Below, piece after piece: positions 6,952-16,285 of a stretch of 17,582 bases of DNA (position 1 is the first letter of the stretch; the number at the start of each line of letters is the position of its first letter). Below the pieces are notes generated by a model that saw only the letters and a list, made by a program, of their open reading frames with translations, was not told the origin of the DNA and did not search any database. The stretch covers positions 1 to 17,582 of the forward strand of contig CAYYJU010000013.1 of NCBI GenBank assembly GCA_964472335.1, in the 5' to 3' direction. The stretch comes from an uncultured Candidatus Saccharibacteria bacterium (GTDB lineage Bacteria; Patescibacteriota; Minisyncoccia; Phycocordibacterales; UBA9973). A program made the position numbers and the translations under genes.

Positions 6952-7884
6952 TTATTTTAAAAATTTAGCTATATTTAGCTTGTGCTCAGAAAAACTCTTT
7001 GCATAGTGAGTATTCCCTTCTTTGTCGTGAATATAATATAAATAAGATGATTTCTTTGGATTCAATGCGGCATTTATAGCCTCTAATCCAGGGTTGCCGA
7101 TAGGTTCTCTTGGTAATCCTTTTACTTTGTATGTATTTGGTTCGGCGTCCACCTGAAGTGGCATACCTATACTTAGTCTCTTCCATAAGATTCCAGATAT
7201 CAATTCGCGGTCAGCATCACCACTCGCTTCTTTTTCTAGTATTGAAGCCATGATAATTATTTCATTTTCAGTTTTTCCAGACAGAGAGATAGCTTCACGC
7301 AGTGGGGCAATTTTTTTCTCATAATTTTTACTCATAGATTCAATAGCTTTTATCTCTGTATCTGTGCTCAAGAAATAATAAGTGTCAGGGAAAAGATAAC
7401 CCTCTTTGGCTTTTAATAGAAAATTATTTTTATTAAAATATTTTAATTTCTTACTATATACTTCTACTATTTCATTTATATTTAAGCCTTCAGGTATGGT
7501 GACTGCCACTCTAGTTGTGTAGCGTTCCCCTTTTACTATGAGGAGAGCCGCTTTATATACAGGCATTTTTTCTTCAAATAAATAGTCTGAGAATTTTATA
7601 CGTTTCTCACCACCAAAGGCTATGGCAAAAATTTCAAACATAGAACTTGAACGTATAATATTTTCCTTCTTTAATTTTAGTGAAATACTATGTAGGCTCA
7701 TTCCTGGCTCTACTTGTAATATAGTACCTGGTATAAAATTAGATGGCGCACTAAAAAGAAAAAAATATATTAAAATAAAAAAAACTAATACAAAAAAAGA
7801 AATCCCAAAAAACTTAAAGTTTCTAGACTTTAAAAAAGAATATCTTTCATCCTTTAAAGGAATATCTTGTATATTTTCTTCCAT
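6952..7884 (-). CDS. mltG: Endolytic murein transglycosylase MltG (YceG-like)
   Basis: N-terminal TM anchor (FFGISFFVLVFFILIYFFLF) and YceG-family motifs (MASILEKEA, GLPREPIGNPGLEAINAALNP, YLYYIHDKEGNTHYAKSFSEH). I prefer ATG 7884 (MEENIQD), 1 nt after the upstream stop. The track start at 7938 is a TTG overlapping the upstream gene. Confidence 0.85.
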   Translation of the reverse strand: MEENIQDIPLKDERYSFLKSRNFKFFGISFFVLVFFILIYFFLFSAPSNFIPGTILQVEPGMSLHSISLKLKKENIIRSSSMFEIFAIAFGGEKRIKFSDYLFEEKMPVYKAALLIVKGERYTTRVAVTIPEGLNINEIVEVYSKKLKYFNKNNFLLKAKEGYLFPDTYYFLSTDTEIKAIESMSKNYEKKIAPLREAISLSGKTENEIIIMASILEKEASGDADRELISGILWKRLSIGMPLQVDAEPNTYKVKGLPREPIGNPGLEAINAALNPKKSSYLYYIHDKEGNTHYAKSFSEHKLNIAKFLK

Positions 7885-7885
7885 A

Positions 7886-9286
7886 TTAAGTCGGTAAGTT
7901 TGTAGGTGGAGAAGCGTCAGTAGATTCAATACGCTCAAGTGTAGGAACTTTTAATATCTGACCAGGGAAATGCCACAGGGTAGCAATCTCTTCGGTGTTT
8001 AAGACGAAAGTTTGTGGGTGAAAATATGGCAAAAAGAAAGGTTGTATTAAAACTGAACCCGCAATAATACTTTCAAATGGCCAACTAAGTGCATGCTTGT
8101 TGAACAAATGATGCCTCATAGGTAAATGGAAAAATCCTCTCTCTCTGTATTCATGAAGCATTCTATCTGCAAGCAACATTACTTTTTCTTGTGAAAGACC
8201 AAATAATCCACTATATGCATCTGCCTGTGTGGAATTCATACGCACTAGTCCATTTACATCCGGAGCATCGTACTGACGAAAGATAAGACGGATATTTCTT
8301 CTACTACTCATATCCCAAGCTTCTTTTTTTGCTACATACATCACTCTTATACCTGTCTCAAAACCAATCTTTGAAGTTTTAGCACTCATAGCTTTTGCTG
8401 CTCTATCTAGATAAGCAGGCACACGAACTTCGATTCTAGAGTTTCCGGGATCACCTGGGCGTGCTTTTATACTAGTGTAATCTTTAAGTAACTTAAATAA
8501 TTCATTTCTAGCTTCTACTACCCAATCATGAGTACCAAACCAAGTACCTTTGGTGTGATACATCTTCTTTACAGGAGTGATCACAATCTGCAACCACATT
8601 TGCTCACCTTTTTTTAATGAACCAAAAAGTTCTACAACTGGAGAAATCGGATCTACTTTATATTCTTCTTTTGGATCTTTATCTAGTCCAAAATCAACAT
8701 ATGTTTTTAGTGGATAGGCTTCTGGCTTTAACAAACCGAATTCGCAACCCCATCCCATCCATGCACTCTCTGGACTTATTTTATCAACTGCCAAAGTATA
8801 GTCTGGGACTTCTCTTATTTGGGACTGAGGATACTGAGCATACATCTGTGTCTCTATAAGACCTCGAATACGGGTAGGTGTGCGAATATAAAAATGTACT
8901 TGTCCATCGATAGACGCTATTTCCAAAGAAAACCAAAACCAGACGGCTCCTTGCCAATACTCTTCTTTACCTCCTTTATAACTCCAGTGATAGAGAGCAT
9001 TGGTAATAAAAAGCTCCATAGCTTTTGGTGAACGCAACACTTCTCTCGGAGGAATAATTTCTAGAAGGACAAAATCAATACCGGAAATAAAATCTTGTCT
9101 TATATAATGAATCCACATTTTGTACGCTACCCAGCCGATAAAAAAAGTTCCTATCAGTGGAAGGATGCCTTTTACCAAACCATACAACATGTCGTAATAC
9201 CAAAGAAGAAAAACAGCTACTGCAGCAAGAAGCCAAGGCCAATATTCCATAATTGCAGTTTCTAGACCTTCTGTAAGCTGATCCAT
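7886..9286 (-). CDS. Hypothetical membrane protein: two N-terminal TM helices and a ~390-aa domain of unknown function
   Basis: The 466-aa ORF has an ATG start. Its hydrophobic segments are WPWLLAAVAVFLLWYY and LPLIGTFFIGWVAYKMWIHYI. It is Trp/Tyr-rich and I found no P-loop (GxxxxGK[ST]) or other catalytic motif. Confidence 0.7.
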   Translation of the reverse strand: MDQLTEGLETAIMEYWPWLLAAVAVFLLWYYDMLYGLVKGILPLIGTFFIGWVAYKMWIHYIRQDFISGIDFVLLEIIPPREVLRSPKAMELFITNALYHWSYKGGKEEYWQGAVWFWFSLEIASIDGQVHFYIRTPTRIRGLIETQMYAQYPQSQIREVPDYTLAVDKISPESAWMGWGCEFGLLKPEAYPLKTYVDFGLDKDPKEEYKVDPISPVVELFGSLKKGEQMWLQIVITPVKKMYHTKGTWFGTHDWVVEARNELFKLLKDYTSIKARPGDPGNSRIEVRVPAYLDRAAKAMSAKTSKIGFETGIRVMYVAKKEAWDMSSRRNIRLIFRQYDAPDVNGLVRMNSTQADAYSGLFGLSQEKVMLLADRMLHEYRERGFFHLPMRHHLFNKHALSWPFESIIAGSVLIQPFFLPYFHPQTFVLNTEEIATLWHFPGQILKVPTLERIESTDASPPTNLPT

Positions 9287-9306
9287 GTTAATAGTGTAAT
9301 ATAAAA

Positions 9307-9347
9307 AAATTAAAAAATACAGCTTTTTTAGCTGTATTTTTTAATTT
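9307..9347 (-). terminator. Perfect 17-bp hairpin, a likely intrinsic (bidirectional-type) terminator after the sigma-r4/HARE-HTH gene
   Basis: aaattaaaaaatacagc (9307-9323), loop tttttta, gctgtattttttaattt (9331-9347). The arms are exact reverse complements. The minus-strand transcript continues with ttttttatatt after the stem. It begins 14 nt after the upstream gene's stop codon (9361-9363). Confidence 0.7.
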
Positions 9348-9360
9348 AATATTTTATTCT

Positions 9361-10389
9361 TTAAACTACGTTGTAAAGTCCACTCTTATCAACTTTAAAG
9401 TATTTGGGATTTACTAAATTCACTAATATTGTGTTTTTCTTGAAGTATCTTTCTTTGTTTACTTTTTCAATCACATCATCTTTTGTCATAGGGCCTTCTC
9501 TCTTTAGTATGTCTCGTATTACTTCACGAGCAGTACCAGCTTTGTAACCCCACTCAGATAAAGCATACATTCCTCTCCCTACTAATACAAAGCGAGAATC
9601 TTTTATAAGTTCGTTGTGGCAAGTAGCATAATGTACTTTCTTATTAAATGTCTTTGAAATAGAATTTGCTACCTCTTTGAAATGCATTGGTGAACCGTGT
9701 CTTCTCATGACTAAGAAAGCATAATCTTTTACTCCACGAGTACGGACATTTGGACTTGAAGCTTTACCCCATTCTCCAAATGGATTCTTTGCAATCTTCT
9801 TTGACATAGATAGCCATCTCTTTGCTATCTCATCGTCTCGGTATTGCTCGGATACATCTTTCATATGATCAAAAAACATTTTAATCATTTCGGTCTCTGG
9901 TATTAGGTCTTCGTCTTTTAGACTTGTGTAAAGTTTCTTCAATGTAGCGTGAACTTTTTCACTCATCTCATCATCTACGCTAAAACGAGTATGAAAATGA
10001 TCATCTTCGCGGTGCTTTTTAAAAGAATCACTCAAAGTAAGGAAAAAGTGAATATGGTTTTGAGTAGTCTTGTCTTTTGATATGTATGGCAATAACTCAT
10101 GCTCTGGAATAATTGAACCTAGGTTTTTTATAAGTTGTTTCAATTCTTCAAAAGCTGCTTGTTCTAATTTGTAAGCATCTGACTTTTTAATAGCAGACAA
10201 AGCCACGTCTTCTATTTGACGCACACGCTCTCTGGTGATTTTATATTTTTTACCAATTTCCTCGAGAGTGTGCCTCTCGCCGTCAGGTGTCAACCCAAAA
10301 CGGTTCATAATAACATCAAAAGACCGGTCCGTAAGATGTGAAATTATTTTTTTAGTAATTTTTTTTGGTTTAAAAGTTATTGTTGACAT
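9361..10389 (-). CDS. Sigma-70 region-4 HTH plus C-terminal HARE-HTH (RNAP delta-like) domain protein
   Basis: The N-terminal segment DRSFDVIMNRFGLTPDGERHTLEEIGKKYKITRERVRQIEDVALSAIKK matches the sigma-70 region 4.2 pattern. The C-terminal segment KDYAFLVMRRHGSPMHFKEVANSI...ELIKDSRFVLVGRGMYALSEWGY matches the HARE-HTH pattern (..D.RF..vg.g.w.L..w). No sigma region 2 is evident. Confidence 0.6.
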   Translation of the reverse strand: MSTITFKPKKITKKIISHLTDRSFDVIMNRFGLTPDGERHTLEEIGKKYKITRERVRQIEDVALSAIKKSDAYKLEQAAFEELKQLIKNLGSIIPEHELLPYISKDKTTQNHIHFFLTLSDSFKKHREDDHFHTRFSVDDEMSEKVHATLKKLYTSLKDEDLIPETEMIKMFFDHMKDVSEQYRDDEIAKRWLSMSKKIAKNPFGEWGKASSPNVRTRGVKDYAFLVMRRHGSPMHFKEVANSISKTFNKKVHYATCHNELIKDSRFVLVGRGMYALSEWGYKAGTAREVIRDILKREGPMTKDDVIEKVNKERYFKKNTILVNLVNPKYFKVDKSGLYNVV

Positions 10390-10426
10390 AAATTTATTTT
10401 TTTTAAATTAATTCTTACTTTTACTT

Positions 10427-12247
10427 TTATGATCTATTTTTCTTTACTCTATCTAACTCGGTTAAATATTTTTTTCTTAGTCTTACAGATTTTGGAGTGA
10501 CTTCTAGGTATTCATCATTGTTCATGACTTCTAGCCCCCTCTCAATACTTAAGATAAATGGAGGATTTAAAGTGAGAGCTTCATCAGTACCAGAAGCTCG
10601 CATGTTTGTGAGCTGTTTTCCTTTAGTAGGATTTACAGCCATGTCTTCTCCTTTTAGAACATTACCTACAACCATACCTTCGTAAACTTCACTACCATGT
10701 TCTATGTATAATATACCACGTTCTTGCAAATTTGCCAAGGCAAATGCCACAGCTTTACCTCCAATCATAGAAGTCATAGATCCATATGAGCGCTTTTTTA
10801 TTTCCCCAGCGTGTTCTTTGAAGCCAGTGACTCGTGAACTCATTATTCCCTCTCCTTTTGTATCAATAATAAATTCGCCACGATAGCCGAGTAATCCACG
10901 AGTAGGTATATCAAAGATAATTCTCGCAATACCGTTTTTTTCAACCATATCCTTCATGATTCCGCGTCTCTTGCCGATTTTCTCAATTACACTTCCACTT
11001 GATTCCATAGGAACATCTATCACTAGCTCTTCATATGGTTCTGTCTTTACCCCATCTTTTTCTTTGATTATAACCTCTGGTTGAGATACCTGCATCTCAA
11101 AACCTTCTCGGCGCATATTTTCCAAAAGGATTGCAATGTGAAGCTCTCCTCGTCCATATACTTTGAAAAAACTTGGACCAGATTTATCACCTTGGTCTGG
11201 AGAAAAATCTACTTTCAATCCTACGTTTATCTCTAGTTCTTTTTCTAGTCTTTCTTTTATCTGACGAGAAGTGACAAATTTTCCTTCAGTGCCTGCAAAT
11301 GGAGAGTCGTTGACTAAAAAATTAAGAGATAAAGTAGGTTCATCGATAGCGATGTGTGGCAATGGCTCCACAGATTCATCTTCACAAATTGTCTCTCCGA
11401 TATAAATATCCGGTATACCAGATATCATCACTATATCTCCGGAAGTCGCATACTCTACATCTTTTCTAGCTATACCTTCAAAAGAAAAAAGTTTTGTAAT
11501 CTTTCCTTTTCGTGTTTCATTTATTTCTTGTTCATCATGAGAAAAACCTTTTACCAAGACTGAGCTACCAGAAACTATTTTTCCAGAGTATATTCTGCAT
11601 ACAGCCATTCTTCCTAGGAAGTTGTCATAGCCTAGATTGAAAACTTGAGCAGACATTTTACCGTCTTGATCCTTGGAAGCAGGTTTTACTTTTTCTAAAA
11701 TAAGATCTAACAATGGTGAAAGATCTTTCGAATCATCACCCAATTTTTTAAATGCTTTTCCTTCTCGTCCGATAGCATATATAGTCTCAAAATCTGCTTG
11801 TTCTTCACTGGCACCTAATTCAAAAAATAATTCTAAAATTTCATCATGCACTCTGTGAGCATCAGCAGCTGGTTTATCTATTTTATTTATTACCACTATA
11901 GGCCTTAGTCCTAACTCGAGAGATTTCTTTAATACGAATCTTGTCTGTGGCATTGGTCCTTCTACAGCATCCACAAGCAAAAGCACAGAATCAATGGCTC
12001 GCAACACTCGCTCTACTTCAGAGCCGAAGTCCGCGTGACCTGGAGTGTCTACTATATTTATCTTTGTATCTTTATAGTAGATTGAAGTATTTTTAGAATA
12101 TATAGTAATACCACGCTCTTTTTCTAGGTCGTTTGAGTCCATGGATACACCTTCAGCATTGCCACCATTTTGCTTCATCAAATAATCAGTAAGAGTCGTC
12201 TTGCCGTGGTCCACGTGAGCTATTATCGCTATATTTCTTATTTCCAT
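10427..12247 (-). CDS. typA: Translational GTPase TypA/BipA
   Basis: The 606-aa ORF has G1 AHVDHGKTT, G3 DTPGHADFG and G4 NKID, then the BipA-type domain order and C-terminal region (e.g. LLGYRGEF, VEVTPKSVRLRK-like tail). Confidence 0.93.
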   Translation of the reverse strand: MEIRNIAIIAHVDHGKTTLTDYLMKQNGGNAEGVSMDSNDLEKERGITIYSKNTSIYYKDTKINIVDTPGHADFGSEVERVLRAIDSVLLLVDAVEGPMPQTRFVLKKSLELGLRPIVVINKIDKPAADAHRVHDEILELFFELGASEEQADFETIYAIGREGKAFKKLGDDSKDLSPLLDLILEKVKPASKDQDGKMSAQVFNLGYDNFLGRMAVCRIYSGKIVSGSSVLVKGFSHDEQEINETRKGKITKLFSFEGIARKDVEYATSGDIVMISGIPDIYIGETICEDESVEPLPHIAIDEPTLSLNFLVNDSPFAGTEGKFVTSRQIKERLEKELEINVGLKVDFSPDQGDKSGPSFFKVYGRGELHIAILLENMRREGFEMQVSQPEVIIKEKDGVKTEPYEELVIDVPMESSGSVIEKIGKRRGIMKDMVEKNGIARIIFDIPTRGLLGYRGEFIIDTKGEGIMSSRVTGFKEHAGEIKKRSYGSMTSMIGGKAVAFALANLQERGILYIEHGSEVYEGMVVGNVLKGEDMAVNPTKGKQLTNMRASGTDEALTLNPPFILSIERGLEVMNNDEYLEVTPKSVRLRKKYLTELDRVKKNRS

Positions 12248-12324
12248 AATTTAATTTTTCTTTTAACCCTTATAAAACAAAAAAGCCTTTGGGCTCTATT
12301 TTGCATCTTTTAATAATAACATAC

Positions 12325-12353
12325 TTTATAGAAAATGACAAGTCCTTGGTCAA
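12325..12353 (-). promoter_or_regulatory. Putative sigma70-type promoter for typA
   Basis: The minus strand reads TTGACC (12353-12348), a 17-nt spacer, then TATAAA (12330-12325). It begins 24 nt after the uppS stop and lies about 75 nt upstream of the typA ATG. Confidence 0.45.
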
Positions 12354-12376
12354 ATTCTCCTTTATTATAACATAAA

Positions 12377-13099
12377 TTATTTACCATGCCTACGGCTACG
12401 CAAACTATACTCATCTAAAACACTAAAAAAGTCCTCTTTACTAAATGCTGGCCAGTAGGTTTTCAAAAAGAAGAACTCGCTATACACGCTCTGCCATGGC
12501 AAAAACCCTGATAGGCGCATCTCCCCGCTTGTTCTTATTATTATATCTGGGTCTGGTATATCTTTTGTATATAAATTGTTTGAAAAGTCTTGTTCTGTAA
12601 TTTTAGATATTTCTTCTTTAGTCTTAGTCTCAGATATTTTTTTTACTGCATCCAATATCTCTTGTCTGCCTCCATATGACATTGCGAGCACCATCGTCGT
12701 CTTGAAATGCTTGGTATCATCTTCTATTTTTTTTATCATTTCTTGAATATCTTGAGAAAAACGTGATATATCTCCGACTACTTTTATTCTTATTTCATTT
12801 CTAAATAAAGACTCGACGCCATCTGTAAAAGCAAACTTAAATAAATCCATAAGGTAACTTACTTCTTCTTCTTTCCTTTTCCAGTTCTCAATTGAAAAAC
12901 AATAAAAAATTATATACTCAATTCCGATATCTTTTGCCCATCTTCCTACATTTCTCATCTTCTCATAACCTTTTCTGTGCCCTTGAAAAACAGGTACACC
13001 TTGTTCTTTGGACCACCTCCTGTTGCCATCCATTATTATGCCTATGCATTTGGGTATTTTTTTATCCCGATTTTGGTCGGGATTTTCTTTTTCTTTCAT
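12377..13099 (-). CDS. uppS: Di-trans,poly-cis-undecaprenyl-diphosphate synthase
   Basis: The 240-aa ORF carries cis-prenyltransferase signatures (IGIIMDGNRRWSKEQG, FSIENWKR, IRTSGEMRLSGFLPWQSVYSEFFF). Confidence 0.92.
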   Translation of the reverse strand: MKEKENPDQNRDKKIPKCIGIIMDGNRRWSKEQGVPVFQGHRKGYEKMRNVGRWAKDIGIEYIIFYCFSIENWKRKEEEVSYLMDLFKFAFTDGVESLFRNEIRIKVVGDISRFSQDIQEMIKKIEDDTKHFKTTMVLAMSYGGRQEILDAVKKISETKTKEEISKITEQDFSNNLYTKDIPDPDIIIRTSGEMRLSGFLPWQSVYSEFFFLKTYWPAFSKEDFFSVLDEYSLRSRRHGK

Positions 13100-13103
13100 A
13101 TAA

Positions 13104-13400
13104 TTAAAAATGATCTAAGAAACCATGATAAACAATTTTAAAATCTTTAAATACACCAGTACTAGAAGACCACTCTATTTTAATATCTTCTACTTTAGAT
13201 AAAAGTGAGCCTTTTTTTAATTTTTCTAAAAAGATATTTAATTTATCTTCTTCGCCTTGTGCAACGACTTTCACTATACCGTCTGATAAATTTTCTACTG
13301 TACCTGTGAGTGTTAGTTTCCTAGCGTTTCTATGTGTGAAATCACGAAAAAGTACACCTTGTACTCTGCCAGAAATTATACAAGTAATTTGTTTAGTCAT
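13104..13400 (-). CDS. acyP: Acylphosphatase
   Basis: The 98-aa ORF has the acylphosphatase signature ISGRVQGVLFRDFTHRNARKLTLTGTVENLSDGIVKVVAQGEE. Confidence 0.88.
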   Translation of the reverse strand: MTKQITCIISGRVQGVLFRDFTHRNARKLTLTGTVENLSDGIVKVVAQGEEDKLNIFLEKLKKGSLLSKVEDIKIEWSSSTGVFKDFKIVYHGFLDHF

Positions 13401-13403
13401 GTT

Positions 13404-13489
13404 TGGTGCGTCGGGAAGGATTCGAACCTTCGTAGCCCGGAGGCGACAGATTTACAGTCTGTTGTAATTGACCACTCTACCACCGACGC
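13404..13489 (-). tRNA. tRNA-Tyr (anticodon GTA), 86 nt with an encoded CCA
   Basis: The minus strand reads GCGTCGG-TG-GTAG-AGTGGTCAA-TTAC-A-ACAGA-CTGTAAA-TCTGT-CGCCTCCGGGCTAC-GAAGG-TTCGAAT-CCTTC-CCGACGC-A-CCA. It folds as a full cloverleaf with a 7-bp acceptor stem, a GTA anticodon flanked by T and A, a long variable arm typical of bacterial tRNA-Tyr, and a TTCGAAT T-loop. Confidence 0.93.
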
Positions 13490-13560
13490 ATAGGAAATAT
13501 ACTAGCATAAAATAACACAAAAAAAACTTTTTTGCATCTTTTATGAGCTATTTATTCCCT

Positions 13561-16281
13561 TTAGACCTTTGAGCTTGGTCTTATTTGTATTGGGCTTTTT
13601 ATTTTACCTTGTCCCTTTTTGTTTTCAATTAGAAGCTCACCATTTTTTATGCTTGCTACAATCTTATCTCCTTTTTTGACTTTATTGGAAATAATATAAG
13701 AAGCCACAGGATTTAAAATTTTATTTTGAATTAAACGATTTAGAGGTCTCGCACCATAGTGTGGGTCATATCCTTCTTTTGCAAGATAAGAAAAAGCTTC
13801 GTCTGCTACTTCAAAACTAATACCTTTTGCAAGCAAGCGGTCTTGGACTACTCTCATTCTCAATTTTACAATTTCTTTTATTGCGGATTCGGATAAAATA
13901 TCAAAGACAATAATCTCATCTAATCTATTCAAGAATTCGGGACGAAAATGATCTTTCAAGGTATCTGTGATTTTATCTTTCATATTTGAGTAGTTCTCTT
14001 TGTCAGTATTATTTGAAAAACCTACTGATTCCATTTTTTCTACAAATTGTGAGCCGATATTTGAAGTGAGGATAATGATAGTATTTTTGAAATTTACTAT
14101 TCTACCTTTTCCATCAGTAAGTCTACCTTCGTCTAATACTTGCAGTAGCATATTGAAAACTTCAGGATGAGCCTTTTCAATTTCATCAAATAGTATCACA
14201 GCATAAGGTCTATGCCTTACTGACTCTGTGAGCTGTCCTGCTTCATCGTAACCTACATATCCTGGAGGTGAACCAATAAGTTTTGATATTGAGTGTCTCT
14301 CCATGTATTCGGACATATCTACTCTAATGATAGCTTTATCATCGTTGAACATAAATTGACCTAGGGCTTTTGTGAGTTCTGTCTTTCCTACACCAGTCGG
14401 ACCCAAGAATATAAATGAGCCTATTGGCCTATTTGGGTCACCTATGCCCGCACGAGAACGTCTGATGACATCTGCTACTTTTATTATAGCTCCATCTTGA
14501 CCCACCACTCTCTTCTTTAACTCTTCTTCCATTTTTTCAAGTTTTTCTCTTTCTTCTTCTAGCATCTTGGTCAGTGGTATGCCTGTCCAACGAGCTACGA
14601 CTTCTGCTATATCTTCAGCGGTGATTTCTTCTTTCAAGATTCTGCGAGATTTTTGTAGTTTCTTTAATCGTGCAAGCTTTGTATCTAATTCCTTTTTTAA
14701 TTCTGGAATTTTTCCATAGCGTATTTCAGCTACTCGAGAAAGGTCCGAACGCATCTCTGCCTCTTCTGCTTCTAGGCGGATAGTGTCGAGCTCTTGCTTG
14801 ATTGTACGAATCTCGGCTACGATTGCCTTTTCATTGTTCCATTTTAATTCTATTTCTTTTGTCTTTTCATTTAGATTTGCTATCTCTTTATCTACTTCTT
14901 TTAATCTATTTTTTATTTCAATATTTTTTTCTCTAGTTTCTTTATTTTGTTTACTCTTATCAGCACCCCTGACAGCTACCTCTTTTTTGAGAGCTTCTTT
15001 TTCTATCTCCAATTTCATTATTTTTCTATGTGCATCTTCTAAAACAGCTGGCTTGTTTTCAAGCATTATTTTAAGAGAAGATGATGCTTCATCTATGAGG
15101 TCTACTGCTTTGTCTGGCAAAAATCTATTTGTGATATATCTAGCAGAAAGATTGACTGCAGAAATTATAGCGTCATCTGTAATACGAACACCATGAAAAA
15201 GCTCGTATCTTTCTTTTAGTCCACGAAGTATAGTGATCGCATCTTCTAAAGAAGGCTCATCTATATACACAGGCTGAAAACGACGAGCCAATGCAGGATC
15301 TTTTTCAATGTGTTTTTGATACTCTCGCAAAGTGGTCGCTCCGATAGCTCGAAGTTCTCCACGAGAAAGCACAGGCTTTAGCATGTTTGAAGCATCCATG
15401 GTGCCTTCTGCCCCACCAGCTCCGACGATGGTATGAATCTCATCAATAAAAAGTATTACCTTGCCGTCTGATCTTTCTATTTCTTTCATTATCCCTTTTA
15501 GTCTTTCTTCAAATTCTCCACGATATTTTGTACCAGCTACGAGTAGTCCCAAGTCTAGAGACACGAGCTCTTTATCTTTGAGTGATTCTGGGACATTGCC
15601 TTTTACTATTCTTTCAGCCAGACCTTCTACTACTGCCGTCTTTCCTGTCCCTGCTTCTCCGATTAAGATTGGATTATTTTTTGTCCTTCTGGATAGAATT
15701 TGCATGATACGAAGTATCTCACTATCACGACCTATCACTGGATCCAATTTATCTTCTTTGGCAAGTTTAGTCAGGTTGCGAGTATATTTTACAAGAAGTT
15801 TAAATTTTCTTGGCTCACCTACGTCAGTAATATTTTGCCTGCGAAGTTCTTCTAAAACTTTTATGACTTGATCTTTGTGAATTCTAAATCGTGCCAATGT
15901 CTCTCTAGCTTCACTTGTGACTTCGAGAATAGCAATAAATAAATGTTCGGTAGATACAAAATCATCTTTCATGTATTCAGCGAGCTTGGCTGATTGCTCT
16001 ATCACTTGAGCCAAGTCTGGATTTAAATAAATTTGATACGCAGGCGAAACAGTACTATTAGATTCTGGTAGCTCAATCAATTCTAAGACAGAGTCAGTAA
16101 GAAGCATCGTATCTATCTCGAGCTTGTCTAAAATAGAATTTACTATAGATTCTTCAGCTAAAAGCAGTGCTGCAAGTAAGTGCAAAGAAGAGACATGGTT
16201 TACTCCACGCTCTATAGCGAGCTCATGAGCTTTCTTTATCGCGTCTTTTGCTTTTGTTGTAAATTTGTTTAATGGTGGCAT
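13561..16281 (-). CDS. clpB: ATP-dependent chaperone/disaggregase ClpB
   Basis: The 906-aa ORF has a Clp N-domain repeat, NBD1 Walker [10 protein letters not shown] and Walker B ILFIDEIH, a long coiled-coil middle domain, and NBD2 Walker [10 protein letters not shown] and Walker [12 protein letters not shown]. The middle domain points to ClpB rather than ClpA/C. Confidence 0.95.
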   Translation of the reverse strand: MPPLNKFTTKAKDAIKKAHELAIERGVNHVSSLHLLAALLLAEESIVNSILDKLEIDTMLLTDSVLELIELPESNSTVSPAYQIYLNPDLAQVIEQSAKLAEYMKDDFVSTEHLFIAILEVTSEARETLARFRIHKDQVIKVLEELRRQNITDVGEPRKFKLLVKYTRNLTKLAKEDKLDPVIGRDSEILRIMQILSRRTKNNPILIGEAGTGKTAVVEGLAERIVKGNVPESLKDKELVSLDLGLLVAGTKYRGEFEERLKGIMKEIERSDGKVILFIDEIHTIVGAGGAEGTMDASNMLKPVLSRGELRAIGATTLREYQKHIEKDPALARRFQPVYIDEPSLEDAITILRGLKERYELFHGVRITDDAIISAVNLSARYITNRFLPDKAVDLIDEASSSLKIMLENKPAVLEDAHRKIMKLEIEKEALKKEVAVRGADKSKQNKETREKNIEIKNRLKEVDKEIANLNEKTKEIELKWNNEKAIVAEIRTIKQELDTIRLEAEEAEMRSDLSRVAEIRYGKIPELKKELDTKLARLKKLQKSRRILKEEITAEDIAEVVARWTGIPLTKMLEEEREKLEKMEEELKKRVVGQDGAIIKVADVIRRSRAGIGDPNRPIGSFIFLGPTGVGKTELTKALGQFMFNDDKAIIRVDMSEYMERHSISKLIGSPPGYVGYDEAGQLTESVRHRPYAVILFDEIEKAHPEVFNMLLQVLDEGRLTDGKGRIVNFKNTIIILTSNIGSQFVEKMESVGFSNNTDKENYSNMKDKITDTLKDHFRPEFLNRLDEIIVFDILSESAIKEIVKLRMRVVQDRLLAKGISFEVADEAFSYLAKEGYDPHYGARPLNRLIQNKILNPVASYIISNKVKKGDKIVASIKNGELLIENKKGQGKIKSPIQIRPSSKV

Positions 16282-16285
16282 ATTT

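Noticed and set aside
6986-7186. A 66-aa minus-strand ORF in an alternative frame inside mltG.
   Set aside because: It is fully nested in the MltG coding region, where the main frame carries the conserved YceG motifs. Its product is arginine/lysine-rich and has no motif.
12281-12300. A hairpin plus T-run (AGCC-caaa-GGCT-tttttg) in the predicted typA leader, and an 8-codon mini-ORF (MLLLKDAK) just after the -10 box.
   Set aside because: A 4-bp stem is too weak to call a terminator or attenuator. The mini-ORF starts 2 nt after the -10 hexamer, upstream of any plausible transcription start.
13490-13560. A dedicated promoter for tRNA-Tyr between clpB and the tRNA (TATATT or TGcTAGTAT just upstream of the tRNA 5' end), and an all-A/T hairpin (CAAAAAA-g-TTTTTTTTG) after the clpB stop.
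   Set aside because: No acceptable -35 box sits at 16-18 nt spacing, and only a weak extended -10 reading is possible. The hairpin has no G:C pairs apart from the single closing pair at each stem end. Co-transcription with clpB cannot be excluded, so no feature is called.
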